Assembly: GCA_963764165.1 (NCBI GenBank)
Contig: CAVXRD010000002.1
Coordinates: forward strand, 2,752,001-2,816,000
DNA: 64,000 nt
Direction of reading: 5' to 3'
Source of the DNA: an uncultured Verrucomicrobiae bacterium
Lineage (GTDB): Bacteria; Verrucomicrobiota; Verrucomicrobiia; Limisphaerales; Palsa-1400
The notes under the pieces were generated by a model. The model did no database searches. It was not told where the DNA came from and saw nothing but the letters and a program-made list of their open reading frames with translations. Each line of letters begins with the position of its first letter. The first letter of the stretch is position 1. The position numbers were made by a program, and so were the translations under genes. Shown here piece after piece: positions 39,798 through 50,162 of the stretch.

Positions 39798-39820
39798 ACG
39801 TGTCTCCTAGTCGGGAAGCG

Positions 39821-39903
39821 AGGTAGGGACGCCTCGCCGAGGCGTCCGGTTTTGCGCAGGAATGACGCCGCGACCCGGACGCCTCGGCGAGGCGTCCCTA
39901 CCT
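39821..39903. repeat. REPIN-like doublet 4 (GTAG family)
   Basis: Identical REP arms between divergent thiD and tricorn genes. Confidence 0.88.
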
Positions 39904-39975
39904 ACTGCTCTCAATAACGTAACTCGATATTTCGTCTTTGCCTCCTCATTGTCAAACAAGCATGATGGCCCACCG

Positions 39976-42900
39976 ATGATGAAAACCTTTTCAAAGCTTT
40001 GCCTTTCGGCTTTCCTTTTTGCTCACCTCGCCGCCGCTCGCGCCGACGGCGGCATCGATGCCCGCATGATGCGTTACCCGGATGTGTCGGCAACCCAGAT
40101 TGCCTTTGTTTACGCGGGCGACATTTGGGTGGCGCCCAAGACCGGCGGCCAGGCGATGCGGCTTAGCTCGCCCAAAGGCGAGGAAACATTCCCGCGCTTT
40201 TCGCCGGACGGCTCCAAGATCGCGTTCAGCGGCGATTACGATGGCAATGTCGATATTTACCTAATCCCCGCCGCGGGCGGATTGCCCAAGCGCCTCACGT
40301 ATCACGGCGCGCCGGATCGGATGCTCGAGTGGTATCCTGATGGCAAATCCATCCTCTTCGCCTCGACGCGTTCGGCGGAGAAGGATCGCTTCAATCAGTT
40401 GTTCAAGATATCTGCGGACGGCGGGTTGCCGGAAAAATTACCGGTTCCCTACGGCGAATTCGGCTCGATTTCGGCGGATGGAAAAACGCTCGCTTACACG
40501 CCGATCAGCACGGACTTCCGCACTTGGAAACGCTATCGCGGCGGCATGAATCCAGCGATCTGGCTGTTTGATTTGCAGACGTTCGCCTTCAAGGATCTCA
40601 CCGGCAATGACGCAGCCAATTCCATCCCCATGTGGCATGGCTCGACCCTCTATTTCCTTTCTGACCGCGACGAAAACAAACGCGCGAACATCTGGGCGTG
40701 CGACACCAAGACAGGTGCCTTCCGCGAGATCACGAAATTTGCGGATTTGGATGTCCATTTCCCCAGCATGGGACCGGAGGATATTGTGTTCGAGAACGGC
40801 GGACGGCTTTACCTGCTCAACCTCGCCACGGAAAAATATGACGAGGTGAAAATTCAAGTATTGACAGACCGGACAACCTTGAAGCCGCACCTGGAGGATG
40901 TTTCCAAGAGCGCGCATGAAGCGGATTTCTCGCCCAACGGCAAGCGGGTGGTTTTCGAGGCGCGCGGGGATATATTCACCGTTCCCGCCGAGCACGGCGT
41001 GGTGCGAAATCTCACGGCCAGCTCGGGCGTGGCGGAACGTTTCCCCGCCTGGTCGCCAGACGGAAAGACCATCGCCTATTTCACAGACCGTTCGGGCGAA
41101 TATGAATTGGCCATCCGCCCCGCCGACGGCACCGGCAAGGAGGAAATTCTCACCAAACTCGGGCCCGGTTTTCGCTTTCATATAAGCTGGTCGCCGGACA
41201 GCAAGAAGCTGGCCTTCATCGATCAAACCATGCGCGTGCGGCTGCATGATTTGGACAAGAAAGAAACTTCTGTCATCGCGCAGGAGCTTTGGATGTATGA
41301 AGGGAATCTTCACGGATTTTCCCCGACGTGGTCGCGGGACAGCCGTTGGATGGCGTTCCCGCAAGACTCGGAAAATCGCCGCACCACCATTGTCCTTTAT
41401 GACACGACGACGCGGAAGACCAACATTGTGACGAGCGCCTATTACGACGACGACCAGCCGACTTGGGATGCCGACGGCAAGTATTTGTATTACGTATCCG
41501 GGCGCGAGCTTGCCCCTGATTACAGCGACTTGGACTCAACTTGGATTTACGCCAACACGGCGCAAATCATGGCCGTTTCGCTGCGCAAGGATGTCCCCTC
41601 GCTCCTCGCCCCGCGCAACGACGATGAAGGCGACAAGGACACCAGTAAGGATAAGAAAAAAGACGGCGATAAAGATAAGGATAAAGACAAGAAGAAGGAC
41701 GAAAAGAAAAAGGATGCCGCCGACGCCAAGGAAAGATCCACCGATGACAAAAAATCCGGCGACGATGATGCCGACAAGAAGAAAGCTCCGGAACCGGTGG
41801 AAATCGACCTGGCCGATTTTGAGCGCCGGGCCATTGCGCTGCCGATCAAGTCGGGGCCGGTTGAACTGGTCGGATCGACGAGCGGGCAATTGATCTATTT
41901 GCGCCGTCCGCGCACCGGCTCTGCCGAAGAAAAAAGCAAGCTGCAGTATTACGATCTCGAAAAGCGCGAGGAGAAAACCATTTTGGATGACGCGGACTTT
42001 GCTATTCTCGCGGCGGGTGGCAAGAAGATATTGGTCCGGCGCAAAACCGAGTATGCCATCATCGAGCCGAAGGAAGACCAGAAGTTCGACAAGAAGGTGC
42101 CGGTCAGCGGATTGGAAGCGATGATTGATCCGGTGGCGGAGTGGCAGCAGATTTTCACTGATACGTGGCGTTTCTTTCGGGATTTCTTCTACGATCCCAA
42201 CATGCACGGCGAGGATTGGAACGCGATGCGCGCCCGCTACGGCGGATTGCTCAAGGACGCCGTCACCCGGTGGGATGTCAACTACATCCAAGGCGAGTTG
42301 ATCGGGGAGTTGAATTCGTCCCACACCTATCGCAGTGGTGGCGATGTTGAGACGGGGCTTCAGCGCGGCGTCGGTTATTTGGGCGTCGATTTTTCGCTGG
42401 AGAACGGCGCCTATCGCATCGCCAAAATTATCGATGGCGCACCGTGGGACGCGGAAGTCCGCTCGCCCTTGCGGATGCCGGGCATCAACGTTTCCGAAGG
42501 CGATTACATTCTTGCCGTCAACGGCACGCCGCTTGATGCAAGCGTCGAACCCTATGCGGCCTTCCAAGGGCTGGCTGGCAAGGACGTTTATTTGACAGTC
42601 AACAACAAGCCAGACATGGAAGGCTCGCGCGAAATCCTGGTGGAAACTCTGTCAAGCGAAGCGCGCCTGCGCAATCTGGCGTGGATCGAGCACAACCGCC
42701 AGCGTGTCGAGAAACTGAGCGGCGGAAAAATTGGCTACGCCTATGTGCCGGATACCGGCCAGGGCGGGGAGACGGAATTGGTGCGGCAATTCCGGGCGCA
42801 ATACAACAAGCCCGGATTTATTGTTGACGAACGGTTCAACAGCGGCGGCCAGATTCCGGATCGCTTCATCGAAATGCTCGGCCGCAAGACGCTGAATTAC

Positions 42901-43332
42901 TGGGGCGTGCGCGATGGCCACGATTGGCGCTGGCCGACCATTGGCAATGCCGGGCCAAAAGCGATGCTTATCAACGGCTGGAGCGGATCCGGCGGCGATT
43001 GTCTTCCGTTTTACTTCCGCCAGGCCGGCCTCGGCCCGCTCATCGGGCAGCGGACTTGGGGTGGATTGATCGGCATCACGGGCGCGCCGGAATTGGTGGA
43101 CGGCGGAACCGTCAGCGTGCCGACCTTCGGCATTTACGGCACCAACGGCGAGTGGATTATCGAAGGCCACGGCATCGATCCTGACATTGCCGTCGTCGAT
43201 GACCCATCCCTCATGGCCAAGGGCGGCGACCCGCAATTGGAACGCGCGGTGCAGGAAGTGATGAAGTCGCTTGAGGCAAATCCGATGGTGGCGCCAAAGA
43301 AACCGGCCTATCCGAATCGCTCGGGAAAATGA
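39976..43332 (+). CDS. Tricorn protease-like S41 peptidase, exported
   Basis: Signal peptide; PD40 repeats (FSPDG, WSPDG); K/D-rich linker; SSHTY; PDZ; GSGGD catalytic motif. Confidence 0.93.
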   Translation: MMKTFSKLCLSAFLFAHLAAARADGGIDARMMRYPDVSATQIAFVYAGDIWVAPKTGGQAMRLSSPKGEETFPRFSPDGSKIAFSGDYDGNVDIYLIPAAGGLPKRLTYHGAPDRMLEWYPDGKSILFASTRSAEKDRFNQLFKISADGGLPEKLPVPYGEFGSISADGKTLAYTPISTDFRTWKRYRGGMNPAIWLFDLQTFAFKDLTGNDAANSIPMWHGSTLYFLSDRDENKRANIWACDTKTGAFREITKFADLDVHFPSMGPEDIVFENGGRLYLLNLATEKYDEVKIQVLTDRTTLKPHLEDVSKSAHEADFSPNGKRVVFEARGDIFTVPAEHGVVRNLTASSGVAERFPAWSPDGKTIAYFTDRSGEYELAIRPADGTGKEEILTKLGPGFRFHISWSPDSKKLAFIDQTMRVRLHDLDKKETSVIAQELWMYEGNLHGFSPTWSRDSRWMAFPQDSENRRTTIVLYDTTTRKTNIVTSAYYDDDQPTWDADGKYLYYVSGRELAPDYSDLDSTWIYANTAQIMAVSLRKDVPSLLAPRNDDEGDKDTSKDKKKDGDKDKDKDKKKDEKKKDAADAKERSTDDKKSGDDDADKKKAPEPVEIDLADFERRAIALPIKSGPVELVGSTSGQLIYLRRPRTGSAEEKSKLQYYDLEKREEKTILDDADFAILAAGGKKILVRRKTEYAIIEPKEDQKFDKKVPVSGLEAMIDPVAEWQQIFTDTWRFFRDFFYDPNMHGEDWNAMRARYGGLLKDAVTRWDVNYIQGELIGELNSSHTYRSGGDVETGLQRGVGYLGVDFSLENGAYRIAKIIDGAPWDAEVRSPLRMPGINVSEGDYILAVNGTPLDASVEPYAAFQGLAGKDVYLTVNNKPDMEGSREILVETLSSEARLRNLAWIEHNRQRVEKLSGGKIGYAYVPDTGQGGETELVRQFRAQYNKPGFIVDERFNSGGQIPDRFIEMLGRKTLNYWGVRDGHDWRWPTIGNAGPKAMLINGWSGSGGDCLPFYFRQAGLGPLIGQRTWGGLIGITGAPELVDGGTVSVPTFGIYGTNGEWIIEGHGIDPDIAVVDDPSLMAKGGDPQLERAVQEVMKSLEANPMVAPKKPAYPNRSGK

Positions 43333-43355
43333 GATTGTCGAAATAAAAGTTTAGC

Positions 43356-45134
43356 ATGAAAAAAAGCAATTCGTTCCTTTTGGCGATGGTCGTCGCATCT
43401 GTTGTCGGAGCAAATACGTTAACCTTCGCGGCGGGCGGCTCCGGCGATGCAGGTTTTTACCAACTCGCCGATGATTACATGAAGGGTTACCTAGCCTGGC
43501 GGCCGTTGACGGCCATGGGTTTGGGCTTTCACGAATTCGACGGCAAGCTGACCGATTTCAGCGGACCGTCGATCAAAAAGGAATCGGAGCGCTTGAGCAG
43601 TTTTCAAAAGCGCCTCGAAGCCATCGACACCTCGACGCTCAGTCCGGAAGCCCGGTTCGACTACCTCAATTTGCGCGCGGGCATCAGCCGCGATGCCATG
43701 AGCTTTGGCGCTTTGGGAGACTATGTCCGCAACCCCATGACCTACGCTGGCGCACTCGACGTCAGCCCTTATATCAAGCGCAATTTCGCGCCGCTCGAAG
43801 AACGCGTGCGCGGCATTATCGGCGTTCTGAAACAAGCACCCGCGGTGATGGCCGCCGGCCGCGCCAATTTGCAAGACGCGCTCCCTGCGCCTTGGATCGA
43901 AGCCGCCATCGAAGTTGGCGATGGCTCGGCGGATTTTCTGGAAAAGGATCTCGTCGCCGCCATCAGCGATTTGAAGGACCCCGCGTTGCGCGCCGAATTC
44001 GACGCCATCGACAAGGTTGCCGCCGCGGAAGTCCGCGGTTTCGTGAAATTCCTCAAGGACACGAAAGTTCCAAAACAAACTCCGCAATTCGCGCTTGCCG
44101 AATCCAACTTTGCCGCGATGCTTCGCGACGGCGAGCTCATCACGCAATCGCCCGCCGAAATTTTGCGCATCGGATTGGACGAGCTTCATCGCGAGCAGAC
44201 GCTGTTCGCGCAGGCCGCCGCGCTGATCGATCCGAGCCAAAAAGCCACCAACGTTTTCGAGCAAATCCAGACCAACCATCCGACGGCGCAGGGATTGATT
44301 CCGGACACCCGCATTGATCTTGAGTCCATCCGAAAATTTGTTGTTGACCACCACATCGTCACGATTCCCTCGGAGACTCGCCCGCGCGTGGAGGAAACCC
44401 TGCCGTTCGCCCGCGCCGGAAGTTTTGCCTCCATGGACAGCCCTGGGCCGTTCGAGAAAAAAGCCACGGAAGCGTATTATTACGTCACGCCGGTCGAAGC
44501 CAGTTGGTCGCCAAAAGAAGCCGAGGATTGGCTGCGCGCCTTCAATTATTATACCAGCGACGTTGTTTCCATCCACGAAGTTTATCCGGGGCATTACGTG
44601 CAATTTCTTTGCATGAACGCGTCCGGCGCGCCGCAGATGGGAAAAATTCTCGGCAGCTACGCTTTCATCGAAGGCTGGGCGCATTACAGCGAACAAATGA
44701 TGCTGGACGAGGGTTTCGGGGAGGCCGCAGATGCCCGAGGCGATCAATCGGCCGCGATCAAAGCCGCCAAATACCGCCTCGCGCAACTCGACGAAGCGAT
44801 GCTGCGCCTATGCCGCCTATGCGTGGCCATCAAAATGCATTGCCAGGGCATGTCGCTGGCCGACGGCACGAAGTTTTTCATGGAGAATTGTTACTACGGC
44901 GCGAAGCCCTCTTATGCGGAAGCCCGCCGCGGAACCTTCGATCCTGGTTACGCAAATTACACCCTCGGCAAATTGATGATTCTCAAATTGCGGAAAGATT
45001 ACCAGGCGCAGGAAGGCTCAAAGTATTCCCTGGAAAAATTCCACAACGAATTCCTCCGGCACGGAATGCCGCCCGTTCCCTTGCTGCGCCAGATTATGTT
45101 GAAAGACTCCAGTCAATGGCCCAACGCCCTCTAG
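43356..45134 (+). CDS. DUF885 family exported putative metallopeptidase
   Basis: HEVYPGH, FIEGWAHYSE, YTLGKL. Confidence 0.9.
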   Translation: MKKSNSFLLAMVVASVVGANTLTFAAGGSGDAGFYQLADDYMKGYLAWRPLTAMGLGFHEFDGKLTDFSGPSIKKESERLSSFQKRLEAIDTSTLSPEARFDYLNLRAGISRDAMSFGALGDYVRNPMTYAGALDVSPYIKRNFAPLEERVRGIIGVLKQAPAVMAAGRANLQDALPAPWIEAAIEVGDGSADFLEKDLVAAISDLKDPALRAEFDAIDKVAAAEVRGFVKFLKDTKVPKQTPQFALAESNFAAMLRDGELITQSPAEILRIGLDELHREQTLFAQAAALIDPSQKATNVFEQIQTNHPTAQGLIPDTRIDLESIRKFVVDHHIVTIPSETRPRVEETLPFARAGSFASMDSPGPFEKKATEAYYYVTPVEASWSPKEAEDWLRAFNYYTSDVVSIHEVYPGHYVQFLCMNASGAPQMGKILGSYAFIEGWAHYSEQMMLDEGFGEAADARGDQSAAIKAAKYRLAQLDEAMLRLCRLCVAIKMHCQGMSLADGTKFFMENCYYGAKPSYAEARRGTFDPGYANYTLGKLMILKLRKDYQAQEGSKYSLEKFHNEFLRHGMPPVPLLRQIMLKDSSQWPNAL

Positions 45135-45176
45135 TCCGCGCGACCGAGAGCGGTGGTCTGACAAATAAATTGTTTT

Positions 45177-47126
45177 ATGGGCTTTTTTAAGAATCTCTTT
45201 AAGGGTAAGCCGGAAACAAGCCGGGAGAAGTCCGGATCGATAGACTCAGCAACAGCAGCGCAGCCGATTGCACCGGAGTCACGGAATCCTTCAGAAGATA
45301 AAAAGATGATTCGCGTGTTCGATGCCTATGGGAGGGAGGCTTTAGTTCCCAGAGAGGTTTGGCGGGATAAAATTTTACCCGACACCATTAGGGCGCAGTG
45401 GAATAATCCGGAGATGCTCTATTCTGTCATCTTCAACGCGTTGACCGACGGCTTTCGTTCTGAGGTGATGGCGGCAGCAGAACAGCTTTACAAGATAGAT
45501 TCTGTGCCGAGCAGAGGTACGTGCGTGTGGGCAATTGTGCTTAAGGAAGAAGGCCGCCTTGATGACGCAGAAAAGGTCTTGCGCGATTTCATTGCCAAGC
45601 ACGGCGAGGACGGATCAGTCCTGACGAATCTGGCCAAGGTCTATGCGCAGCGGCAAGACCATCTAAAAGCAGAGCAAATTCTTTGGCATGGGCTGGAGAT
45701 CGAGCCTAATCAAGACAACGGCCTCGTCTGGTATGTTGCGATTCACCGTGAACGTGAAGGAGAAACCGGGGAGCAGGCCGCGTTGAATCGCGTTGCGGCG
45801 CTTCCCAGAAGCTGGCGGGCGCAACTATGGCTTGCGCGAGCCGCGCTTAAGGCCAAAAATCTTGATGCGGCGCTCGTTTACTACAACCAGAGCTTGTCCC
45901 GAGTCGAAAAGCCCGCCCCAACCGATATGCTCAAGCAAATTAGCGGCGATCTTGGCAACGCCGGCCATCTTCCAGAATTATTGCGCCTCGTTGAGCCGCA
46001 ATATTCCCCCCAAATTCACGGACTTACAGTTGGCAACAATTTGATCAAGGCTCTGATTGACCTGGGACAGCTCGATTCTGCATCCCGGATATTGAACCAA
46101 CTCTTTGCGCTCAATCGTCCTGACTGGCAAAAGGCCTTGAGCTTTTGGGAGAATGAACTTTCAAATGCCCGGATTGCAGTCGCAAATGCCGGAGCGGATA
46201 AACGAAAAAAAATGTCAATCCTGACGATTGATGGACCGGTGTGGCTTGACCCATCTGCGCCAGTGATTGAGCTTTTTGGGGGGAAACCGGACGAAGGAAT
46301 TCACATTTGCTTCTTCGGATGCAGCGCGGAGTTGGCTACTAATATGCGAAGCACTCGGATTCAACAAGCTGATTTACCAGGGCGTTTGAGCAGGGGTTTG
46401 CCGCTGTTTTTCGCCGAGCAGGTTGGACTGAAAAGCCGATCAAGCGCAAAGACCTTGGTTCCTTGGATTGCCGAGAAAAGCGGCGGATTTATTCTGTTCG
46501 GCGCGCCGCCGGATGATTCGAATGCCTCGAATTACGCCCGGCAAGCAGACAGCAAAAACGACTATGTTGTTGTCAGCCATCTAAAAACCCAGGCCGAGCC
46601 GTGGACGGTCGAACTTCGTTTAATTCGGACGATTGACGGGAAATGTCTTGGAAATCTGTCCCGCTCATTTCCCTCCGCCAAGCCAGAAGAATCGATACCT
46701 GAATTGACGCGAGAACTCCTCGACCTCCTCGTGAAGGAAGCCGACGTCGATTTGAAGCCAACTCCCGTCAATTATGTTGTGCCTGGCGGGGCGAATTTCC
46801 CGTTGTATTTGTTGCGACTTGAGCAATTACTGGCAGTTCGCTGTGGCTCTATGGAAGGAGTCCAAAAGGAGTTCTTGAACAGCCCGCGCGAAATTGTGGA
46901 CGGCAGTATACAACAATGCCTGGTCTGTCCAGTTAACGTCAACGTACGTGTGCTTTTAGCCCGAATCCTGTTAGCAATGAAAAAGGTTCGTCCTGATATT
47001 TTGCCAGAATTCAGAGAGAAAATTTCACTATTGCAGAAAGAGAAGCCGTTGACAGAGCGCGCCCAAAGTTTAATCCAGCGCATGTTGGACGAAGCGATGA
47101 ATGGTGCGACGATCTCTCCAAGTTGA
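45177..47126 (+). CDS. TPR-repeat protein with uncharacterised C-terminal region
   Basis: TPR-like helices (GRLDDAEKVL, LTNLAKVYAQ, LIDLGQLDSA); N-terminus MGFFKNLFK. Confidence 0.75.
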   Translation: MGFFKNLFKGKPETSREKSGSIDSATAAQPIAPESRNPSEDKKMIRVFDAYGREALVPREVWRDKILPDTIRAQWNNPEMLYSVIFNALTDGFRSEVMAAAEQLYKIDSVPSRGTCVWAIVLKEEGRLDDAEKVLRDFIAKHGEDGSVLTNLAKVYAQRQDHLKAEQILWHGLEIEPNQDNGLVWYVAIHREREGETGEQAALNRVAALPRSWRAQLWLARAALKAKNLDAALVYYNQSLSRVEKPAPTDMLKQISGDLGNAGHLPELLRLVEPQYSPQIHGLTVGNNLIKALIDLGQLDSASRILNQLFALNRPDWQKALSFWENELSNARIAVANAGADKRKKMSILTIDGPVWLDPSAPVIELFGGKPDEGIHICFFGCSAELATNMRSTRIQQADLPGRLSRGLPLFFAEQVGLKSRSSAKTLVPWIAEKSGGFILFGAPPDDSNASNYARQADSKNDYVVVSHLKTQAEPWTVELRLIRTIDGKCLGNLSRSFPSAKPEESIPELTRELLDLLVKEADVDLKPTPVNYVVPGGANFPLYLLRLEQLLAVRCGSMEGVQKEFLNSPREIVDGSIQQCLVCPVNVNVRVLLARILLAMKKVRPDILPEFREKISLLQKEKPLTERAQSLIQRMLDEAMNGATISPS

Positions 47127-47193
47127 GGAGTCAGTATTCCCAACTCCCAATAGGGCCGCCAATCAACAACTTGCCGATTCGCGCGGCGCCGAT

Positions 47194-48636
47194 TTAGAAA
47201 TGCAGCACTTTGACGGCTGCGTTGGCTGCGTTCAGAACGGCATCGGGGCAGACGCCCAAATAGAACATCGCGGCGATGGAAATGCCGGCGGATAGTTTCA
47301 TCATCGGGGATACTGTGATCGGGGTCATGTCTGGGCCGGAATCGGTCCAGTAAATCGCGCGTATGACGCCGAAATAATAGTAGAACGAAATCACGACGCC
47401 GACGATTGCCACGATGGTCAGCCATAGATAACAGGGGTTCATGGTCGCATGAGCGAGGATGGCTTTGAACAAAAGCAATTTGCCGAAAAACCCCGCCAGC
47501 GGCGGCAATCCAGCGAGCGAAACCATTCCAAGGGCCAGCGCAAATGCCAGCAGCGGCGAACGGCGATTTAATCCGGCCAGCACGCTGATATCATCGCTTT
47601 CGCGCAGAACCACCGTGAGTACGACAAAAACCGCCACCAGCGTGAAGGCGTAACCGGCCAGATAATAAAGAGCTGCCGAGGAACCGGAGTCGTCCAGCGC
47701 CGCGACGCCTAGCAGGACGTAGCCCGCGTTGGCAATGCTTGAATAGCCCAGCAGTCGCTTCAAGCTGCGTTGCGGGATGGCGCATAGATTGCCGTAGAGA
47801 ATCGTCAATCCAGCCGTCCAAATAAGCAACTTGCTCCAGTGCAGCGTGAGCGCGGGGGCGGCGGCGAAAAGCACGCGCAGCACCAAGACAAATCCTGCGG
47901 CCTTGGAACCTATGGCAAGGAAAGCGGTCACGGGCGTGGGCGCGCCTTGGTATACGTCAGGAGCCCACATCTGCATGGGGAAAGCGGCGATCTTGAAGGC
48001 CAATCCAAACAGCACCAGCAACAAGCCGAGCCAAAAAACCTTGTTCGTTGCCAAGCCGCCAGCGGCTGCGGCGACCTTGGCGAAGCCAGTGTCGTGCGCC
48101 GTTCCGAAAATCAGCGCGATGCCGAATACCAGTGCGCCGGCAGAAAGCGCACTCATGATCAAATACTTGACACCGGCTTCCAGCGAATTGGGCCGGCCTC
48201 GTTGAAAGCTGACCAGCACGTAAAAGCTGACGGACATCATTTCGATGGCGACGAACACCATCACAAAATCATTGGCCGACGCGGCGAACATCATTCCCGA
48301 CAACGCAATAAGCGTGACGGTGAAGAATTCGCCGATGCCCTGCGGAATGCGGTCGCGGAATTCCACGCCGAGCAGCGCGATAAAGACCCCGGAAGCGAGA
48401 AATAGCCGCTTGAAGAAAATGGCCAGCCCATCCTGCGTGAACATGCCGTTGAACCCCGTCACCGGCTCCGTCACGGAGACACAGCAAAAGCTCGCGATCA
48501 AAATGGCCAAAAGTCCCGCCGCCGACAGATACCCAAGCCAATATTTCTTTTCGTGCGGCGTCCACAAATCGATCAGCAACACCAGCAAAGCCAATCCGAT
48601 GACGCTTAGTTCAAGCGAAATCAACCCCACGCTCAT
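47194..48636 (-). CDS. nuoN: NADH-quinone oxidoreductase subunit N
   Basis: EAGVKYLI, FKIAAFP.QMWAPDVYQGAP. Confidence 0.95.
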   Translation of the reverse strand: MSVGLISLELSVIGLALLVLLIDLWTPHEKKYWLGYLSAAGLLAILIASFCCVSVTEPVTGFNGMFTQDGLAIFFKRLFLASGVFIALLGVEFRDRIPQGIGEFFTVTLIALSGMMFAASANDFVMVFVAIEMMSVSFYVLVSFQRGRPNSLEAGVKYLIMSALSAGALVFGIALIFGTAHDTGFAKVAAAAGGLATNKVFWLGLLLVLFGLAFKIAAFPMQMWAPDVYQGAPTPVTAFLAIGSKAAGFVLVLRVLFAAAPALTLHWSKLLIWTAGLTILYGNLCAIPQRSLKRLLGYSSIANAGYVLLGVAALDDSGSSAALYYLAGYAFTLVAVFVVLTVVLRESDDISVLAGLNRRSPLLAFALALGMVSLAGLPPLAGFFGKLLLFKAILAHATMNPCYLWLTIVAIVGVVISFYYYFGVIRAIYWTDSGPDMTPITVSPMMKLSAGISIAAMFYLGVCPDAVLNAANAAVKVLHF

Positions 48637-50159
48637 CGGTGCGCTCCTTTCACCAGCACCAGCGGCGGCGCAGGCTGGTCGCCGACCTGGATCGCGAGAG
48701 GCGTAAGGGCGATTTGAGCGTCATCGGTCAAAAGCCGCGGAAGACAGCCGAACGCGATCAGCCCGGCCAGCAGCAAAACGTAAGGCAGCCTATGCCGGTA
48801 GCTGCTGATATCGGAAATCCCCGGCCATTCCTTTTCGCCATGCCAAACCGAGCGGATGGCGCGAAGCATGTAAACACCGGCGATGACCAGCGCGCCCCAA
48901 ACGGCGATGATCGTCATCACTTCCGAGCGGTTCCAGTTTCCAAAAAGCACGAGGCTCTCACCAAAAAATCCCGCGAAACCCGGCAATCCGCAGCCCGCCA
49001 TCATCGCCATCATCATCACAGCGCCGGCGAAGGGCAGCTTTTTGAGCAAGCCGCCCAATTGATCCATGTCGAGCGTCTTGACTTCGTCGCGCAGGTAACC
49101 GCTGAGCGCATAGGTGAGCGCGGCCAGAAAACCGTGCGCCACCATCACCACCACCGCACCGGTAAATCCAATCAAGCTCATGCTGGCAATGCCGAGAAAG
49201 GCGAAGCCGACGTGCGCCACACTGGAGTTGCCGATCAGCAGATTCAAATCGCGCTGACGCATTGCCGTCGCGCCGCACATGATGATGTTGGCCAATCCCA
49301 GAAGCCCAATCACGAACGACCAATGCTGCGCTGCGTCCGGCATCAGCGGCACAGCGATGCGCAGAAGTCCGTAAAGCCCGAATTTTTTCAGCACGCCCGC
49401 GTGAATCATCGCCGCGCCCGTGGGGGCGGAGCCGTAGCCAATCGGCGCCCAGGTGTGGAACGGGTAGAGCGAGACGAGAATTCCGAACCCAAACAACAGC
49501 ATCGGGAAAATCCAATGCTCCGCCGCCCCGGAAATTGGATGCGCTTTGAAATACGTTGTCAAATCAACGATATCAAACGTCCGGCTGGCGGTGGGTAATT
49601 GAAGATAAAGCGCAATCAATCCCGCCAGCACCAGCAACGCCCCAATGCTGAGATAGAGCGTGATTTGGTAAGCCGCATAATTCTTATCCTTCCCCACGCC
49701 CCACACACCGATCAGAATGAAGGCGGGGACCAGCGCAAACTCGTGCAGGATGTAGAAGAAAAACAAATCAAGCGAGGCAAACGCGCCCAGAATCCCGCTG
49801 CCCATTAAGAGCAGCAAAATGTAATATTCCTTCTCGCGCATGTTGATGCGACCCGAAATGCTGGTGGCCGCAAACAACACCACGGCTCCCATCAGGATCA
49901 ATCCAAGGTTCAAACCATCCGCGCCAACATGATAGCTGATGCCGACGGACGGCGCCCATGCGTGCCGTTCCTCAAAGCTGAAGGCCGAATTGTGGGGGTG
50001 AGCGTGGTATTTGCAAAAGGTCGCAATGGCAATGGCCATCGAAATCAACGTCGCGGCCAGCGCCAGCAGGCGGATGGCGAAGCGAAAATTTCCCGGGATC
50101 AGCGCTATGACCAGCACTGCGACCAGCGGCACCAAAAATATAAGTGTAAGGGGCGACAT
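48633..50159 (-). CDS. nuoM: NADH-quinone oxidoreductase subunit M
   Basis: PFHTWAP, HAGVLKKFG, SSVAHVG; operon order. Confidence 0.93.
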   Translation of the reverse strand: MSPLTLIFLVPLVAVLVIALIPGNFRFAIRLLALAATLISMAIAIATFCKYHAHPHNSAFSFEERHAWAPSVGISYHVGADGLNLGLILMGAVVLFAATSISGRINMREKEYYILLLLMGSGILGAFASLDLFFFYILHEFALVPAFILIGVWGVGKDKNYAAYQITLYLSIGALLVLAGLIALYLQLPTASRTFDIVDLTTYFKAHPISGAAEHWIFPMLLFGFGILVSLYPFHTWAPIGYGSAPTGAAMIHAGVLKKFGLYGLLRIAVPLMPDAAQHWSFVIGLLGLANIIMCGATAMRQRDLNLLIGNSSVAHVGFAFLGIASMSLIGFTGAVVVMVAHGFLAALTYALSGYLRDEVKTLDMDQLGGLLKKLPFAGAVMMMAMMAGCGLPGFAGFFGESLVLFGNWNRSEVMTIIAVWGALVIAGVYMLRAIRSVWHGEKEWPGISDISSYRHRLPYVLLLAGLIAFGCLPRLLTDDAQIALTPLAIQVGDQPAPPLVLVKGAHR

Positions 50160-50162
50160 CTT

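Noticed and set aside
41617..41790. AAG/GAC-rich repetitive DNA
   Set aside because: Encodes the K/D-rich linker of the tricorn protease
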